Below the pieces are notes generated by a model. That model made no database searches, was not told where the DNA came from, and was given only the letters and a program-made list of their open reading frames with translations. This document shows, piece after piece, positions 1 to 14,604 of a stretch of 64,000 nt of DNA. Location: positions 93,744,001-93,808,000 of the forward strand of contig NC_042998.1 of NCBI RefSeq assembly GCF_006345805.1. Direction: 5' to 3'. A program made the position numbers and the translations under genes. Position 1 is the stretch's first letter, and every line of letters begins with the position of its first letter. The DNA is from Octopus sinensis. Its lineage: Eukaryota.

Positions 1-67
1 TTCTAATAATTAAAAAGTAGGACAGACTACATACATACATACATACATACATACATACATACATACA

Positions 68-101
<34 letters not shown>

Positions 102-571
102 CATACATACATACGTACATATATACATACATAGGTATATATATATATACATACATATAAATGTATGTATGTACGAATGTACTCAAACATAATAGATGAT
201 ATGTCAGAATACATGGGTGTGTCCTGGACATCGACCGAACGGCGTTCTCAGGTATTAAAATGGATTCAGTGTTAGCTGTCTAAATCGTGTTTGTATGTTC
301 ATTTATGTGTACACACAATCACATAGTCACACATATTTAGCCGAGGAAGAAGGTCGTACGAACGTGTCGAATCCAGTCTGTCGAAACCCCTCCCAACGTA
401 TGTGTTATGTGTGTTATGTGAGTGTGTGTGTGTATGCGTGTGTGTGTTCGTGTATGTATATGTGTATGTATATATGTAGGTATATGTATATGTATGCATG
501 TATCATCCTTTTATTCTTTTACTTATTTCAGTCATTTGATTATGACTATGCTGGAGCACCGCCTTAAACAC

Positions 572-1700
<1,129 letters not shown>

Positions 1701-1876
1701 ATATATATATAATCACGTGATGACGTGACCGACCAGTCCATCAGATGTAGTTACACATCGCTGGTCACAATGCGTTCGCATTGTTTTAGCCTTCGAATGA
1801 CGCCACCCTGCTGGCTAAGCGAGCAGGCCAACCTATATATATTATAAACATATGTGTGTGTATGTGTGCGTGCGTG

Positions 1877-1904
<28 letters not shown>

Positions 1905-1915
<11 letters not shown>

Positions 1916-2130
1916 GTGCGAGTGACCACGTGTGTATCGTTGGCGATTTTATTTCCTCCGTCTTCCCTTCCGTGGATCTTTCCTTTTTCTATGTTTCTGA
2001 CGAAGAGCTCCGCTCGAAACGTTAAATCCTCCTTCTTTCTTTCCTTTCCTGAGCGTCCAATAACACTATACTTGTTCCACATCCTCGCGTTGTTGTGTTT
2101 TCTGTTTGTGTTTTCATGTTTGGATTAACT
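1905..2130 (+). mobile_element. Non-coding HHR-bearing element, family A
   Basis: Inverse copy at 8625-8822 and a truncated copy near 36960-37072; bounded by microsatellites. Confidence 0.65.
1993..2027 (+). ncRNA. Minimal type I hammerhead motif
   Basis: GUUU CUGACGA A GAGC UCC GCUC GAAAC GUU AAAU; loopless palindromic stem III, as in Penelope-associated dimeric hammerheads. Confidence 0.7.
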
Positions 2131-2191
2131 TTATATATATCTACATACATATACATATGTGTGTGTCTCTTTTTTTCTCTCTCTCTCATAC

Positions 2192-2253
<62 letters not shown>

Positions 2254-2705
2254 TCAAATTCTCGCGTAGACTTAAAACAAACTAAATAAAGCCACCATCC
2301 ACACCACACACATACTTGCATACGCCCGTGATGAAGAAGGTCTATCTTAAACGTCTAAAACAAACGCTCTCCTATTTACAGTTAGTCTTCAAACAAAACA
2401 AAAGCTACAATTTGTGATTTGCTCACATTGTAAACACCTCGTTGGACCCAATATTGCACAGACAGCACAGGTATATCCTATGTTCCAATGACCTAAATTC
2501 GATTGCTCTTCTCAGTGACTAGCTTGCATATTTAGATTGAGCTTGTTCTGTGAATGCTTTCAATTGTTTAACTCACTCAAATCTTTTACATCTGATTCAA
2601 TTTTTCGGTCATAATATGTGTATTTTCCACCTTATTTACGTTATCTATATATCTACGTGGCTCACTCACTTGGACGTACGTGAGTTTGAGAGTGTTTGTG
2701 TGTGA

Positions 2706-2739
<34 letters not shown>

Positions 2740-3323
2740 GTGTATGTGTGCATGTACGTGTGCCTGTGTGCGTGTGTGGAACTGAGCCCGTACGCATGCA
2801 CTCGCACACATTTATATGAATATATATTCTTATATAAATATATATACATGTACATCTGCCTATCTATCTATATGTGTGTGTGTGTGTGCGTGTGTACACA
2901 TACATACTCTATATGTATGTGTGTGTAAAAGAATATGCATAAAATATAGTATATGTATAATATATACACGCGCACACATTCACACATGTGTATGAATGTA
3001 TGTCTTTTTACCATACATACATACATACATACATTCATATATACATACATATGTGTCTCTGTGTGTGAGCGCGCACGCATGTGTGTCGGCATGTATGCAC
3101 GTTTGCCAATATGTTTGTGAAGATGGGTGTACCCGACCGTCTATTATTACAATTATTTATTTACTCACCGAATTGTCTATCACAGTTTATCTCTCATTTT
3201 CCTCATTATTATCTTTCGCAGTCACTCTACGTATTGGTTTATCTGTCTGTCATGTCGGTCGGCTTTTGTCTATTTACTTGCTCGTAAACAAATAAAATAC
3301 CTGTCTGCATATCTATTATTCTG

Positions 3324-3364
<41 letters not shown>

Positions 3365-3496
3365 CTGTCCTCGTCTCTCTCATTTTACTCTGCACTTGTC
3401 CTCACAGGTAGATGATCTGATAAACACTAAAGCACGAGCAACCCACACATACACACACACAGAGGCAGATACACAGAGATGCATATACACGCACAC

Positions 3497-3550
<54 letters not shown>

Positions 3551-3741
3551 ATATAATACAAATAAGAAAATGGAGAAACAATTTAGTTTGTTCATCAACT
3601 TTTGGATATTAGAATGTTGAATTATTCAGTTAAAATGAAAACTTAATAGCATACATATATACTTTATAATTCAATACATATAAGATAAGAATATAAATTA
3701 TAAAAATCATAATATAAATTATTGAACTCCTTAAAATCACT

Positions 3742-3874
3742 CCTTACAGCTGTTTCAGCCTATAGTTAAAAATAGTTTTTTAAATTTTTATTGCATATAG
3801 TTGTCAATTATATTGAGGTTGTAGGCATTCAAAAATAGGGTACTTATATATATAACCATAGGCCTCGTCAGAGA
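3742..3874 (-). ncRNA. Type I hammerhead motif with a long stem II loop
   Basis: UCU CUGACGA GGCCUAUGGUUA...UAACUAUAGGCU GAAAC AGCU GUA AGG; 12-bp stem II; palindromic ACAGCUGU stem III. Confidence 0.75.
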
Positions 3875-4129
3875 TTATAAAGAACTCCAAATATATTAAT
3901 ACATGAAACAGGATACGCGTATAATTTGATATATATAAAGATATGAAGAAATATCCATATAGACTTATACATATACATATATACACATATACATGCATAA
4001 GCAGAGTGTATATACTTTTACATGTCTAAAAATACATACATAAACACAATTAAACAATAGGTCCGAGTAAATAGACCATTCGTCATACACATATATATAC
4101 ATATATGCATATGTATGTATGTACGTATG

Positions 4130-4163
<34 letters not shown>

Positions 4164-4174
4164 TGTATGTATAA

Positions 4175-4433
4175 TATATAAATATATGCATATATACATA
4201 CATATATGTACATACCTACATATATATGTATATATACATGCATATATGGGTACAGGGCATCAAAAAAAGAACGTGGACAGAATGAGAAACGAGAACATAA
4301 AAAAACAAAAACATAGAAAACGAACTATTTTTCGAAAAACGAAAAAAAACAGACACGAGACGTACAACAAAAAGAACATTCCCTTCATCAGTTGTCCCCT
4401 GTTTTATCTACTTCGCGTTACGAAGGTAAGGAG
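4175..4433 (-). mobile_element. Truncated family B element with a partial permuted hammerhead (4381-4432)
   Basis: Shares catatatgggtacagg and cccttcatcagttgtcccc with the copies at 665 and 44565; GAAAC mutated to GUAAC; ends in (TA)n. Confidence 0.65.
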
Positions 4434-4476
<43 letters not shown>

Positions 4477-5559
4477 CTAGTATTGGTGTGTTTACGACCC
4501 CGTAACCTGGCAGTTCGGCAAAAGTGACTAGGCTTTAAAAATAAGTCCTAGGTTGTGCTCGATTACATCGACTAGCTATGTATGTATGTATGTATGTATG
4601 TATGTATGAATGTATGTATGTATGTATGTATGTATGTATGTATGTATGTATGTATGCACGAATGGATGGATGGATGGATGGATGAACTTGTTACTGTATT
4701 CTGAATATAAAATTCTGATATTAAATTCTGCTATGAAGATCCGCTATTCCAAAAATAAGAATACATTTTCTAAAAATGTGAAAAGGCCGAACAACAATGA
4801 CGACGGAAAGAAGAAGAAGAAGAAGAAGAAGAAGAAGAAGAAGAAGAAGCAGAAGAAGAAGAAGAAGATCTAAAGTCCACAAATCCTGCCGGACTACCTT
4901 TTTCCAGAGTGCCCCTTTCAACTTCGCAGTCTTCCTGCTCATCACCCCGCCCCCATAGCCATGATGGTTGCGTATTCGTTACACTTACAGAGACGTTTTC
5001 CATCTTATTGCTTTTCTTCTAGCTCCACAATTCACACATTCAACAATACTCTTCCATAACTTTCCTTCTTCACTCCACCGTAGACATATACTTCCCGAGT
5101 ACGAAAATATCTCCGGTGGCTAAGGAATTATAAGGAAAAAAGGTGCATAGAATTCACGTATTTCATTGTTTTCTGTTAACTTACTATGAAGTTTTGAAAT
5201 TTTCTAGTTAGGGGTGATCATATATAACTCTATTCCGTTCTTTCTAGTAATCGACAGAATGGCATTACCTATATTTTCCATTATCCTCGAATAGTGCACC
5301 TATGTGCTATCATCTATCCTCGCTGAATTCTTTAACTTTCTTTAGGGATCCATCCTGATCTTTAGAAACACGCTATTTTGTGACGGTACGTCCCATTCCC
5401 AAGAGCAGCAAGATTAAATTCACTAAGTATCGACCTATCGCTCCCATTTACAATATATCAAAGATAAGAACATTCGTTCACAATCAGCTTTTTCTAAAAC
5501 TTTGTGTCTCTCTCAGAGATCACTAGTAGTGCGTGCGTGTGTGTGTGTGTATGTGTGTG

Positions 5560-5592
<33 letters not shown>

Positions 5593-5984
5593 TGTGGTGT
5601 GTGTGTGTGTGTGTGTGCTGGAGATAAGTTTTTCCATGTCACTGACTAGTGTTCTGTCACACCTTTGCAAAATTCAGTGGTGTAATGTCATCGCACTTGC
5701 AAGCATCACAGCCTTTGACTATGTCTGGCAAGACAATCTCTTTGATACGTCCCCACAATCATACAACACTATTGATCTTTCAGTGACAAGACAAGTTGCA
5801 AAACAACTCGGAAAACACTGAATTGAGTAAAACACTGAATTGCAGTAAAATTAAAGTCAATTAAATTTCATATTAAATTTTACACTTCCATATATTTAGT
5901 ATTTTAACAAGACTGCACCATTACTAAAGTGAACTTTATTTCCTACTAAATGCTAAATGTAGTTATAATGGGCCAGGCTCTCTC

Positions 5985-6265
5985 TCATTTACTACAACGA
6001 GTGTTCCAGCTGATTCGATCAACAGTACAGCCTGCACGGGAATTTAACGCGCAAGTGGCTGAGCATTCCACAGACCAGCGTACCTTTAATGTACACAGGG
6101 AGATTCAGTGTGACACAATGTGACAAGTACTACTCATTTTTATCAGCTGATTGGACTAGAACAACGCGAAATGTCTTGCTAAAGGACACAACACACCGCC
6201 GGGTATCGAACTCGAGACTTTACGAAGGTGAGCCGAATACCCCCAACCGCTAAGTCGTGCGCTTT
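5985..6265 (-). mobile_element. tRNA-derived SINE, diverged
   Basis: B-box-like GTTCGATACC on the minus strand followed by gtgttgtgtcctt...gcaagaca; related copy at 50330-50490. Confidence 0.6.
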
Positions 6266-6769
6266 ATGATTATTTCATGTAATAATTAAGGTTAGAGTAA
6301 TATTGTTCTCAACTGAGTACACAAACAAGAAAATTCCTTCCAGCTTTTACCTTATATCCAGGAAGAGGTAACTATAATTTTAAACGAGGGAGCGGCACTT
6401 TGAACTAATTTCTGATTTTACATTTTGTTTTAAGAAGGAGGAGTTATCCCCATTACACGTAAGAGCTGCCCCGCAAGTGAAAAGTGTTTGAGTGATGTCA
6501 GTTGAATAAGATTAGACGTCCTTTCGGTTGAATATTCAGCTGCTAGACAATTGTAGTCTGTCACACGATCAGTTTATTTTAAATGGTGGGATTATAAGGA
6601 GAAGGATGTGTAACTCGATGTGCGTATGTAAATAAAATAGATGTCGTAATATTAATGGTACAAGATATATAAAAGATGGTCAGTCTAAAAGCCAAAACTG
6701 ATCGCTTTAAATAAGCAATGTCTTAACATGCAGGTACCAGATTCTGTAAAGAGAACTGTCATACTGATT

Positions 6770-7160
6770 TCAAATTTTTGCACAAGGCCAGCAGTTTTAG
6801 AAGAGGAGTTTAGTCGATTACATCGACTCTAAAGTTCAACTGGTACTTATTTCATCGACCCCCGAAAGGATGAAAGGCAAAGTTGACCTTGGTGGAATTT
6901 GAATTCAGAACATGAAGACGGGCGAAATACCTATTTCTTTATTACCCACAAGGGGCTAAACACAGAGGGGACAAACAAGGACAGACATAGGTATTAAGTC
7001 GATTACATCGACCCCAGTGCGTAACTGGTACTTAATTTATCGACCCCGAAAGGATGAAAGGCAAAGTCAACCTCGGCGGAATTTGAACTCACAACGTAAC
7101 GCAGACGAAATACCGCTAAGCATTTCCCCCGGTGTGCTAATGATTTTGCCAGCTCTTCAC
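6770..7160 (-). mobile_element. Two adjacent or nested SINEs, family S1
   Basis: Contains atcgaccccgaaaggatgaaaggcaaagtc(g/a)acctcggcggaatttgaactc, repeated many times in the window. Confidence 0.8.
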
Positions 7161-7333
7161 CTTGCAAGAGAGCAGTCATTCATTGAATGAAAAGTAACAG
7201 AATGGGAAAAGCAATTGCGTATCGGATGAAATGTTTCAGTATATTTTCATTTGACAACAAAAAGGCTGTCTAGCATTCATCTTTCCAGGCCTGATAAAGT
7301 AAGTATCAGGGTGTATTCAAATACATACCAAGC

Positions 7334-7530
<197 letters not shown>

Positions 7531-7571
7531 TTACATACATACATACATACGTACATACATACATACATACA

Positions 7572-7602
<31 letters not shown>

Positions 7603-8199
7603 GTACGTACGTGTCTGTGTGTGTGTGTGACAGGCTTCTACACAGTATCCGTCTAACAAATTTAGGTACCAGTCGGCTCAGGACCATGGTTGAAGGTACT
7701 TGTCTAAGTTGCCCCACCCCAGTGAAACCGAACCCGAATACTTGTGGTTGTAAAGCGAAATTCTAAACCACACAGCTATGCCTGCACCTATACACAATCA
7801 TGTCCTTCTCTTACACATTTCTAAACTAAAAGCAAATTAACGTTAGAAACTGTGAACTACTTAGTGTGAAAACCACAATGGTCCATGCACATCGCAAATG
7901 AAATTGCATAACAAGGAATTTTCCTTTGTCATGTTTGTGCAAATATTTGTGTCCAAATGAAAGCTGAGAATTGAATTCTTTTATTTTATTTTATTTTTTC
8001 AAGAAAAAAAAAAGCAGGTGTTTGTAATATTGATGAATCATGGTTCGTCTTATCGGCTGTCACCTGAAGGGAAGAGAAATTGCCGTTCTTGTTGAGTTAT
8101 TCAGTATAAGACTAAACGAAATAGGACGTGAAAAGTCATTCAACAATGTCTTGCCTACTGATCCTACACCAGTCCTCACGAAACTTTAATCCATATATA

Positions 8200-8490
8200 T
8201 ATATAAATACAAAGTGGGACAAGAACGCAAAACATTCAAATAGATGATACAAAAAACACGGATGGGTCATTCGAAGCCTCTAATCTTCAGTCAAGAACCG
8301 GATCATCCTCGCAATTTCGGATAATTAATCTTGAGATTGCTCCGATCTGGCCAGCTCCCAGAAAAAACTAAGCTACGAGCATTAGATTTCTTGGAAACAG
8401 GATCGAATGTATATGAAACAAGAACAGAAAAACGGACGATGTTACACGAATATAAATACAAAAAACAAAAAATAATACGAAAATATGTAC
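8200..8490 (-). mobile_element. Family C element with a permuted hammerhead (8275-8351)
   Basis: Homologous to 42996-43433; minus strand GCAAU C UCAAGA...CC GAA AUUGC...UCUUGA CUGAAGA. Confidence 0.7.
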
Positions 8491-8723
8491 ATATAGAGAG
8501 AGAGACACACACACATGCATGTATATACGTATATATATATACATATACATATGTATATGTATGTACACATATCTATACATATACACACACACACATGCAC
8601 ACACATATGTATATATATACACACACAATCCAAACAAGAACAAGCAGGAAAAAACAACAATGCGAGGACGTGGAAGAAGTGTAGTGTTATTGGACGCTCG
8701 GGAAAGGAAAGAAAAGAAAGAGG

Positions 8724-8758
8724 ATTTTACGTTTCGAGCGGAGCTCTTCATCAGAAGT
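8724..8758 (-). ncRNA. Minimal type I hammerhead motif (family A copy)
   Basis: CUGAUGA A GAGC UCC GCUC GAAAC GUA AAAU. Confidence 0.7.
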
Positions 8759-8827
8759 ATGGGAAAAGTCCAAAGAAGGGAAGACGGAGAAAGAAAATCG
8801 ACGACGATACACACGCGGTCACATATA

Positions 8828-9120
8828 AATTTGCAGTTACTCTATCCAGATTACAAGTTGAGATTTATACCTGTAATTACTGGAGCATTGGGATATGTAG
8901 CACATTGTCTGAATACCAGTCTTGAGAAATTATGTTTCTCAAAACCAGAAAGGAGAAAGCTGATTCGAAGACTACAGATCCAAGCTATTACTGGAACTGT
9001 TAAAATCTCTAAAACTTTCCAGAAGTTTATCAGTTAAATATATATGAGAATGTCTAGATATGCAAGTATATGCAAGAGAAGACATACATAAAATAAGACA
9101 TACAAATCTACACATATTTA
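8828..9120 (+). mobile_element. 3' end of an RLE-type non-LTR retrotransposon (R4/Dong- or NeSL-like)
   Basis: NLQLLYPDYKLRFIPVITGALGYV...LIRRLQIQAITGTVKISKTF resembles the restriction-like endonuclease C-terminus (P-V-I-x-GALG); a 3'UTR then runs into (CATA)n. Confidence 0.75.
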
Positions 9121-9228
9121 TACATACATACATACATACATACATACATACATACATACATACATACATACATACATACATACATACATACATACATACA
9201 TACATACATACATACATACATACATACA
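9120..9228. repeat. (CATA)n microsatellite, representative of dozens of (TA)n, (CA)n, (CATA)n, (GATA)n, (GA)n, (TAT)n and (GAA)n tracts
   Basis: Direct reading; others include 30-170, 4807-4868, 7340-7600, 21941-22001, 24098-24170, 31950-32040, 42915-42995 and 45780-45935. Confidence 0.99.
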
Positions 9229-10075
9229 TGTAAAGGATATGGGGTGTTTTTGCCTGGATGACTCGAACTAAAAGGTATGTGTTCTGAGTGCTTAAAAAGG
9301 TGCGCCACCAAAATTCCAGTTTGAACAGCAGTGGTTATGTGATTGCCTTGTTCATAACGGCTAAAGGTGGCTTCCCTTTAAGTTGGTAGGTGTAAGTTAA
9401 AGTAGTGAGGAAAGGCAAACAATTAGGCAAATATGACAAGGACATTTAATTTAATTCAATTCAGTCTAATTTAACTACGTAACGAATGGTGAAAAATAGT
9501 AAAAACTAGTCTCTGACAGTTGTTTTTGGGATATCCCAGCTACCGGAGCATCGTATCGAGCTAAGACTTTGTAATGTGGGTATTCTGACATCTGAGAGAT
9601 ATATGTTAAACTGTGGGAGAAAGTTCTTCATCAATTTGTGGTGGTTCATTATGTCCAGGAGGGTGAAATGGGTTCAATTAAATCCAGTTAGATCGGGTAT
9701 TCTGTTGGTAAATCCATGATCAGAAAGGATGTTTAGGTAGTGCACCATGGTGAGAGGAAGGAAAGAATGGTTATGCAGCACTCCATAGTGAAGGAAAAGG
9801 AATGCTAGCAGTTCCAAAGTTGTGCAAATACTGAGAGGAGAAATAAAAAATACATTCAGGTGAAAGAAAAATAGACAGGTAAGAGCTTTGTATTAGATAT
9901 ATACTATTCAGTATAGTAAGGGGTATTCATATCGTATTATTTATTCCTCCCGCTAATTTCTCGGGATTGAATACCCCTCGCTATACTGAATACTATATAT
10001 CTAGTACATATATATACACCGGATTTCCATGCAGTTTCCGTCTATCGGATTCATTTCTAAGACACTGGTCGGCGT

Positions 10076-10597
10076 GCGAAAATGTTTTCCCAGTAGAGTT
10101 CCGGACCCCAGTTATGAACTCATTTGCATACAGCCAATCAGAGCTCAACTATCAAACTAATTTACGAGCGTGTAACAAGGGCGATAAGATAAGGTATGAC
10201 CATGTTTCTCTTCTATTTTAATAATGCTTGTTGTTCTTGTTTCAACCCTGGCTGCCTCTGCATAGTTATTTGTGCTGTTGTTTACTTTGTAAAACAGTAA
10301 GGGGAGAGGGTTGCTAGCACATCACCCTCTACCCACATTTTTCCCATCCACATCTTTACCAAACGGGGCCCTAACAAATTCCGATAATAGGTATAAATGC
10401 AAATCTATCTAATTACTTGTCTCCTAAAATCAGGCATAACCTGGCGATCGGTTGACTTACAACACCATTCTTCGTCTTGAGTTTACTTGGTAAAGTGTGT
10501 TTGTTAACTGGGTAACAAGGTAAATGTGAGCTCTGATTGGCTGTATGCAAATGAATTCATTATTGGGGTCTGGAACTCTCGTGGGAAAAAAATTTGC
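10076..10597. mobile_element. MITE with ~70-bp TIRs, inserted in a SINE remnant
   Basis: TIRs gcgaaaa...catttgcatacagccaatcagagctca and tgagctctgattggctgtatgcaaatg...tttgc; second copy at 60901-61464. Confidence 0.85.
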
Positions 10598-11249
10598 GGC
10601 TCAGGGCTATAGTAGAAGGCTCAAGGTCTCGTGCAGTAGGACTGAACCACGAGGTTGATTAGTAATCTTAACAATACAGCCATGCCTTCGTCCATAACGA
10701 CCTATTCTATTTATCCTTTCAGACACATACTTCCTACACCGCTGACTCGGCTATTTAATAACTCGGTTATATATGCAGTGATACAATCCATCAATAAATA
10801 AAAGAAAATGGTTTTAATCCTACCATCCAACTGCCTCTTCTTTCACTTCCCCACATAGAAACTTAATTTAATAGTACCGTTAATTAATTTTCTATTAATT
10901 TATGAGATAGCACACTATTGTTGTCCCAAAGAGGATTTTTTTTTTCATAAAAGAACCGTGAAAAACTGAAGCGAGTTGAAAACATTATATTAGCTGAATA
11001 CGCAGCAAAACACGATCAAACATGTTTTAGTTATGTAGCTGTTGCTTTAGAAAGAAGATAGCGATAATCAAAATCATTGAAATAAACCATTATTAAGGAA
11101 ATATTGTTTTATGTTGGAGCAGAGCGAGTATTGTGTTTTGTGGAACGTGGAAAACAAACACACACACACACACACAAACACACGCGCGCGCGCGCACACA
11201 CACACAAACACGCGCGCGCGCGCGCACACACTCACATACAATCATATCT

Positions 11250-11460
11250 CTTTTACTCTTTTACTTGTTTCAGTCATGTGACTGTGGCCATGCTGGAGCA
11301 CCGCCTTTAGTCGAGCAAATCGACCCCAGGACTTATTCTTTGTAAGCCTAGTACTTATTCTATCGGTCTCGTTTGCCGATCCGCTAAGTTACGGGGATGT
11401 AAACACACCGGCATCGGTTGTCAAGCAATGTTGGGGGGACAAATGCAGACAGACAAGCAT
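11250..11460 (-). mobile_element. SINE family S2, 3' part
   Basis: Matches 47520-47700 (gctggagcaccgcctttagtcgagcaaatcgacccc). Confidence 0.8.
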
Positions 11461-11802
11461 ACACATACACACGCATACACGTTTTGTATGACAGTTTATT
11501 CAGTTGCACTGGCTGTGGTTGAAAAATCCGTCATGTCAAAAGGTATACATTTGAGAAATACTCACATATACATATACGTGTGTGTGTGTGTGTGTGTGTA
11601 TGAGTATGTGCCTGTATGTATGTATATGTATGTATGTATGTATATGTCTGTTTGTGTATATATGTGTGCATGTGTGTGCGTGTACGTATGTGTCCATTCA
11701 CCTTACTATCTTTATTCTGCTGTAAAATCTTTCGAAATACCTGATTTGCTAATTAGACGATAAATATTTAAACAGTAGTTGCCTTACCTTCTTCAAACAG
11801 TT

Positions 11803-11856
<54 letters not shown>

Positions 11857-12319
11857 TGTCAGTAACAGCAACGACACAATCTGCTGGAAAAATCTCATTT
11901 CACCAATATCCGTCCATCCCTCTTATATCAGTTCACCCTTGATGTAACATACCACTTCTACAAACATGCGAACCACACATTTTAAACTTCTTTGAAACAA
12001 ATCAATATTCCTCTACCCCTAACATACATCTACTCTCTCGACTACATTCGTTATTATTGCAGTTTATTTTTGGAAAGTGATGTCTGCACCTATAAAGAAT
12101 CTATTCTCCCACATTTTGCTTCTCTCACGTGTGTATATATCCAACTAGAAAGACTTGGTATTTTGCTAATGAAATTTCCTGTATCATTTTCAATTAAGGA
12201 GCTTTTTGGGTTAGCTCTTTCCCTTTCGCGTTGACCTTTTCTCTATAGAAACACAACAGTCCTGCATTCCTGCCTGCTACCGAATTGTCACTACTTCTAT
12301 CTCTTACCTTTTTTTCTGT

Positions 12320-12965
12320 TATCTTTTATTTGATTCAGTCACTGGACTGCGACCAAGCTGGAGTAACGCCTTGAAGAACTTTTAGTCGAATGAATCGACC
12401 CCAATGCTCACGTAAATTTTTAAAGCCTGGTACTTATTTTATCTCGGGCTTATTCTATCTTTTGCCGAATCGCTAAGTTATCGGGACGTAACCACACCAA
12501 TACCTATTTCTTTATTACCCACAAGGGCTAAACACAGAGGGGACAAACAAGGACAGACATAGGTATTAAGTCGATTACATCGACCCCAGTGTGTAACTGG
12601 TACTTAATTTATCGACCCCGAAAGGATGAAAGGCAAGTCGACCTCGGTGGAATTTGAACTCACAACGTAACGCAGACGAAATACCGCTAAGCATTTCGCC
12701 CGACGTGCTAACGTTTCTGCCAGCTCGCCACCTTAACCACACCAATACCGGTTGTCAAGCCGTCGTGGGAAACAAACACAGACGCAGACACACAGACACA
12801 CGCTCATACGCACGCGCGCGCGCGCATATATATCTTAGAGGCTTCTTTCAGTTTCCGTCAACCAAATCCACTCACATGGCTTTAGTCGGCCTGATGTTAC
12901 AGTAGAAGACACTTACCCAAAGTGATACGCAGTGGGACTGAACCTGGAACCATGTGGTTAGTAAG
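12320..12965 (-). mobile_element. S2 SINE with an S1 SINE nested inside (about 12502-12735)
   Basis: The S2 sequence is interrupted; taaccacaccaatacc is duplicated on both sides of the S1 insert (target-site duplication). Confidence 0.8.
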
Positions 12966-13439
12966 AGGCTTCTTTATTTCATTACATTTGCCATAAAAGC
13001 TTAATACAGATGAAGCTTTGCGGGCTGGACACAGACACAATGATAATGATGGAATGAAAAAAGAGATGGTTGGTGGAGGAAGCAGCCAACGCCCGCCGAT
13101 TGTTACTTCCCGGTAACATTGTTCTTTTTAAAAAAAAACACAAATGAGGTGTTGAACCTCTTACAATAATTACAAATTGAGGCGCTGATCCTCTTACCGA
13201 TCAAAAAAAGTTCAGAAAATATCCAACTTGAGGTGCTAAGCCTCTTACAATCTCCAAGTTCGAATCGAGGCGCTAAGACCTCTTACTCTGCCTCCCCGAT
13301 TAAGTCTCTTGCCACCTGTAGGCAAGCCTGCAGTCGCAAGCCGGGGTCCCATAAAAGATAATTATATTCTTCCTTAGTAAAGGAATTCATCACCCTGTAG
13401 AAATAATTTTCCTCCATGACCTCCGCAGCCACCCGTGGA

Positions 13440-13820
13440 GGCCAATTACACGACTATGCCTGCACCTATCATCAGAAGACTGATGGAAGCAATCATAAAT
13501 AACTCCACCCATTTGGTCAAATTAAGTTTCTTTCCTTTCTTAATAATGATTTTCTACATTGAGTATTTCGGTGAGAACAGTGGTGTTACCCTTGACATCA
13601 ACAAAGCCTGCAGTCTTGTTAGGAATGTAAATCTTGAAACCAAGTTGTCGCCTAAGGGTTCCATTTCTCAATCATCTTGTGGAGAGTGTACGCATCACGA
13701 TTTACATTTCATCTATTGTGGTGTAATTTAGGGGCTTGGTCGTATCTCCCCCATTCTTTCTTCATTCTATCCCCCCAATGACTTCCTCGGTCACAATACT
13801 GCTAATCCACTGTCTCTGCA
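13440..13820 (+). mobile_element. Degenerate CR1/L2-type reverse transcriptase fragment
   Basis: LMEAIINN...TLDINKACSLV resembles LDISKAFDRV; a frameshifted GVPQGS-like region follows. Confidence 0.45.
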
Positions 13821-14604
13821 CTACGACGACGACGACGATGATGATAATGATGATAACGATGATGATGGCGGTGGTGGTGGTGGTGGTGGTGGTGATGATG
13901 ATGATAATGATGATGATGATGATGATGATGATGAGGAGGAGGAGGAGGAGGAGGAGGAGGGTAGTGGTGGTTTCTAAATTAGGGGCAAGCCATCAGTTTT
14001 CAAGGAAAGTGGTTAGCCGACGCCATCTGGTATGTTATTTTATCGACTCGTCGGAAAGGTGAACGATAAAGTTGATCTCGGCAGGATTTGAACTCAGAAT
14101 TAAAAGGGTTAGAAGAAATGCCACAAAGCATACTTCCGCCCTCTAATGCGTGTTTTGTTTGCTTAACTGTCGCCAAAACAGGTTGAGTCTCCAGTCAACC
14201 GTGCCAAATTGCCGGCGTCCAAACTGCTGCGCCCAATCATCCCATTTCGCTATCCTACACCACTCCTGGTTCTGTGATATTCATATTTAAAACGATCTAA
14301 ATTAAAACTTCCCATCAAAATTCCGAGTTAATTTATGGCAAATATGAGCTTAATAACGATAAATTTCTTTTCCAAAACTATAACTTCACGAAAGTAATGA
14401 AATAAAAGCAGCGTATTCCAAGAAAGGTATGGTAACAAAAGTATTAAACACCTCATGGAGAAGTGTGTATGCATGCAAAAGAGAATTTGTGTGAGTGTAT
14501 ATGTGTTTATTTTGTAGTTGTTTTTCGGAATTCAAAGTGCACTTCATACGTAGATGGTGGAGGTTGAGTCGTCTTAGTAGCAGTATAGGCTCCCGGACAA
14601 ATCA

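Noticed and set aside
13736-14062. ORF with poly-T/M/V/R runs
   Set aside because: Compound trinucleotide microsatellite running into a SINE.
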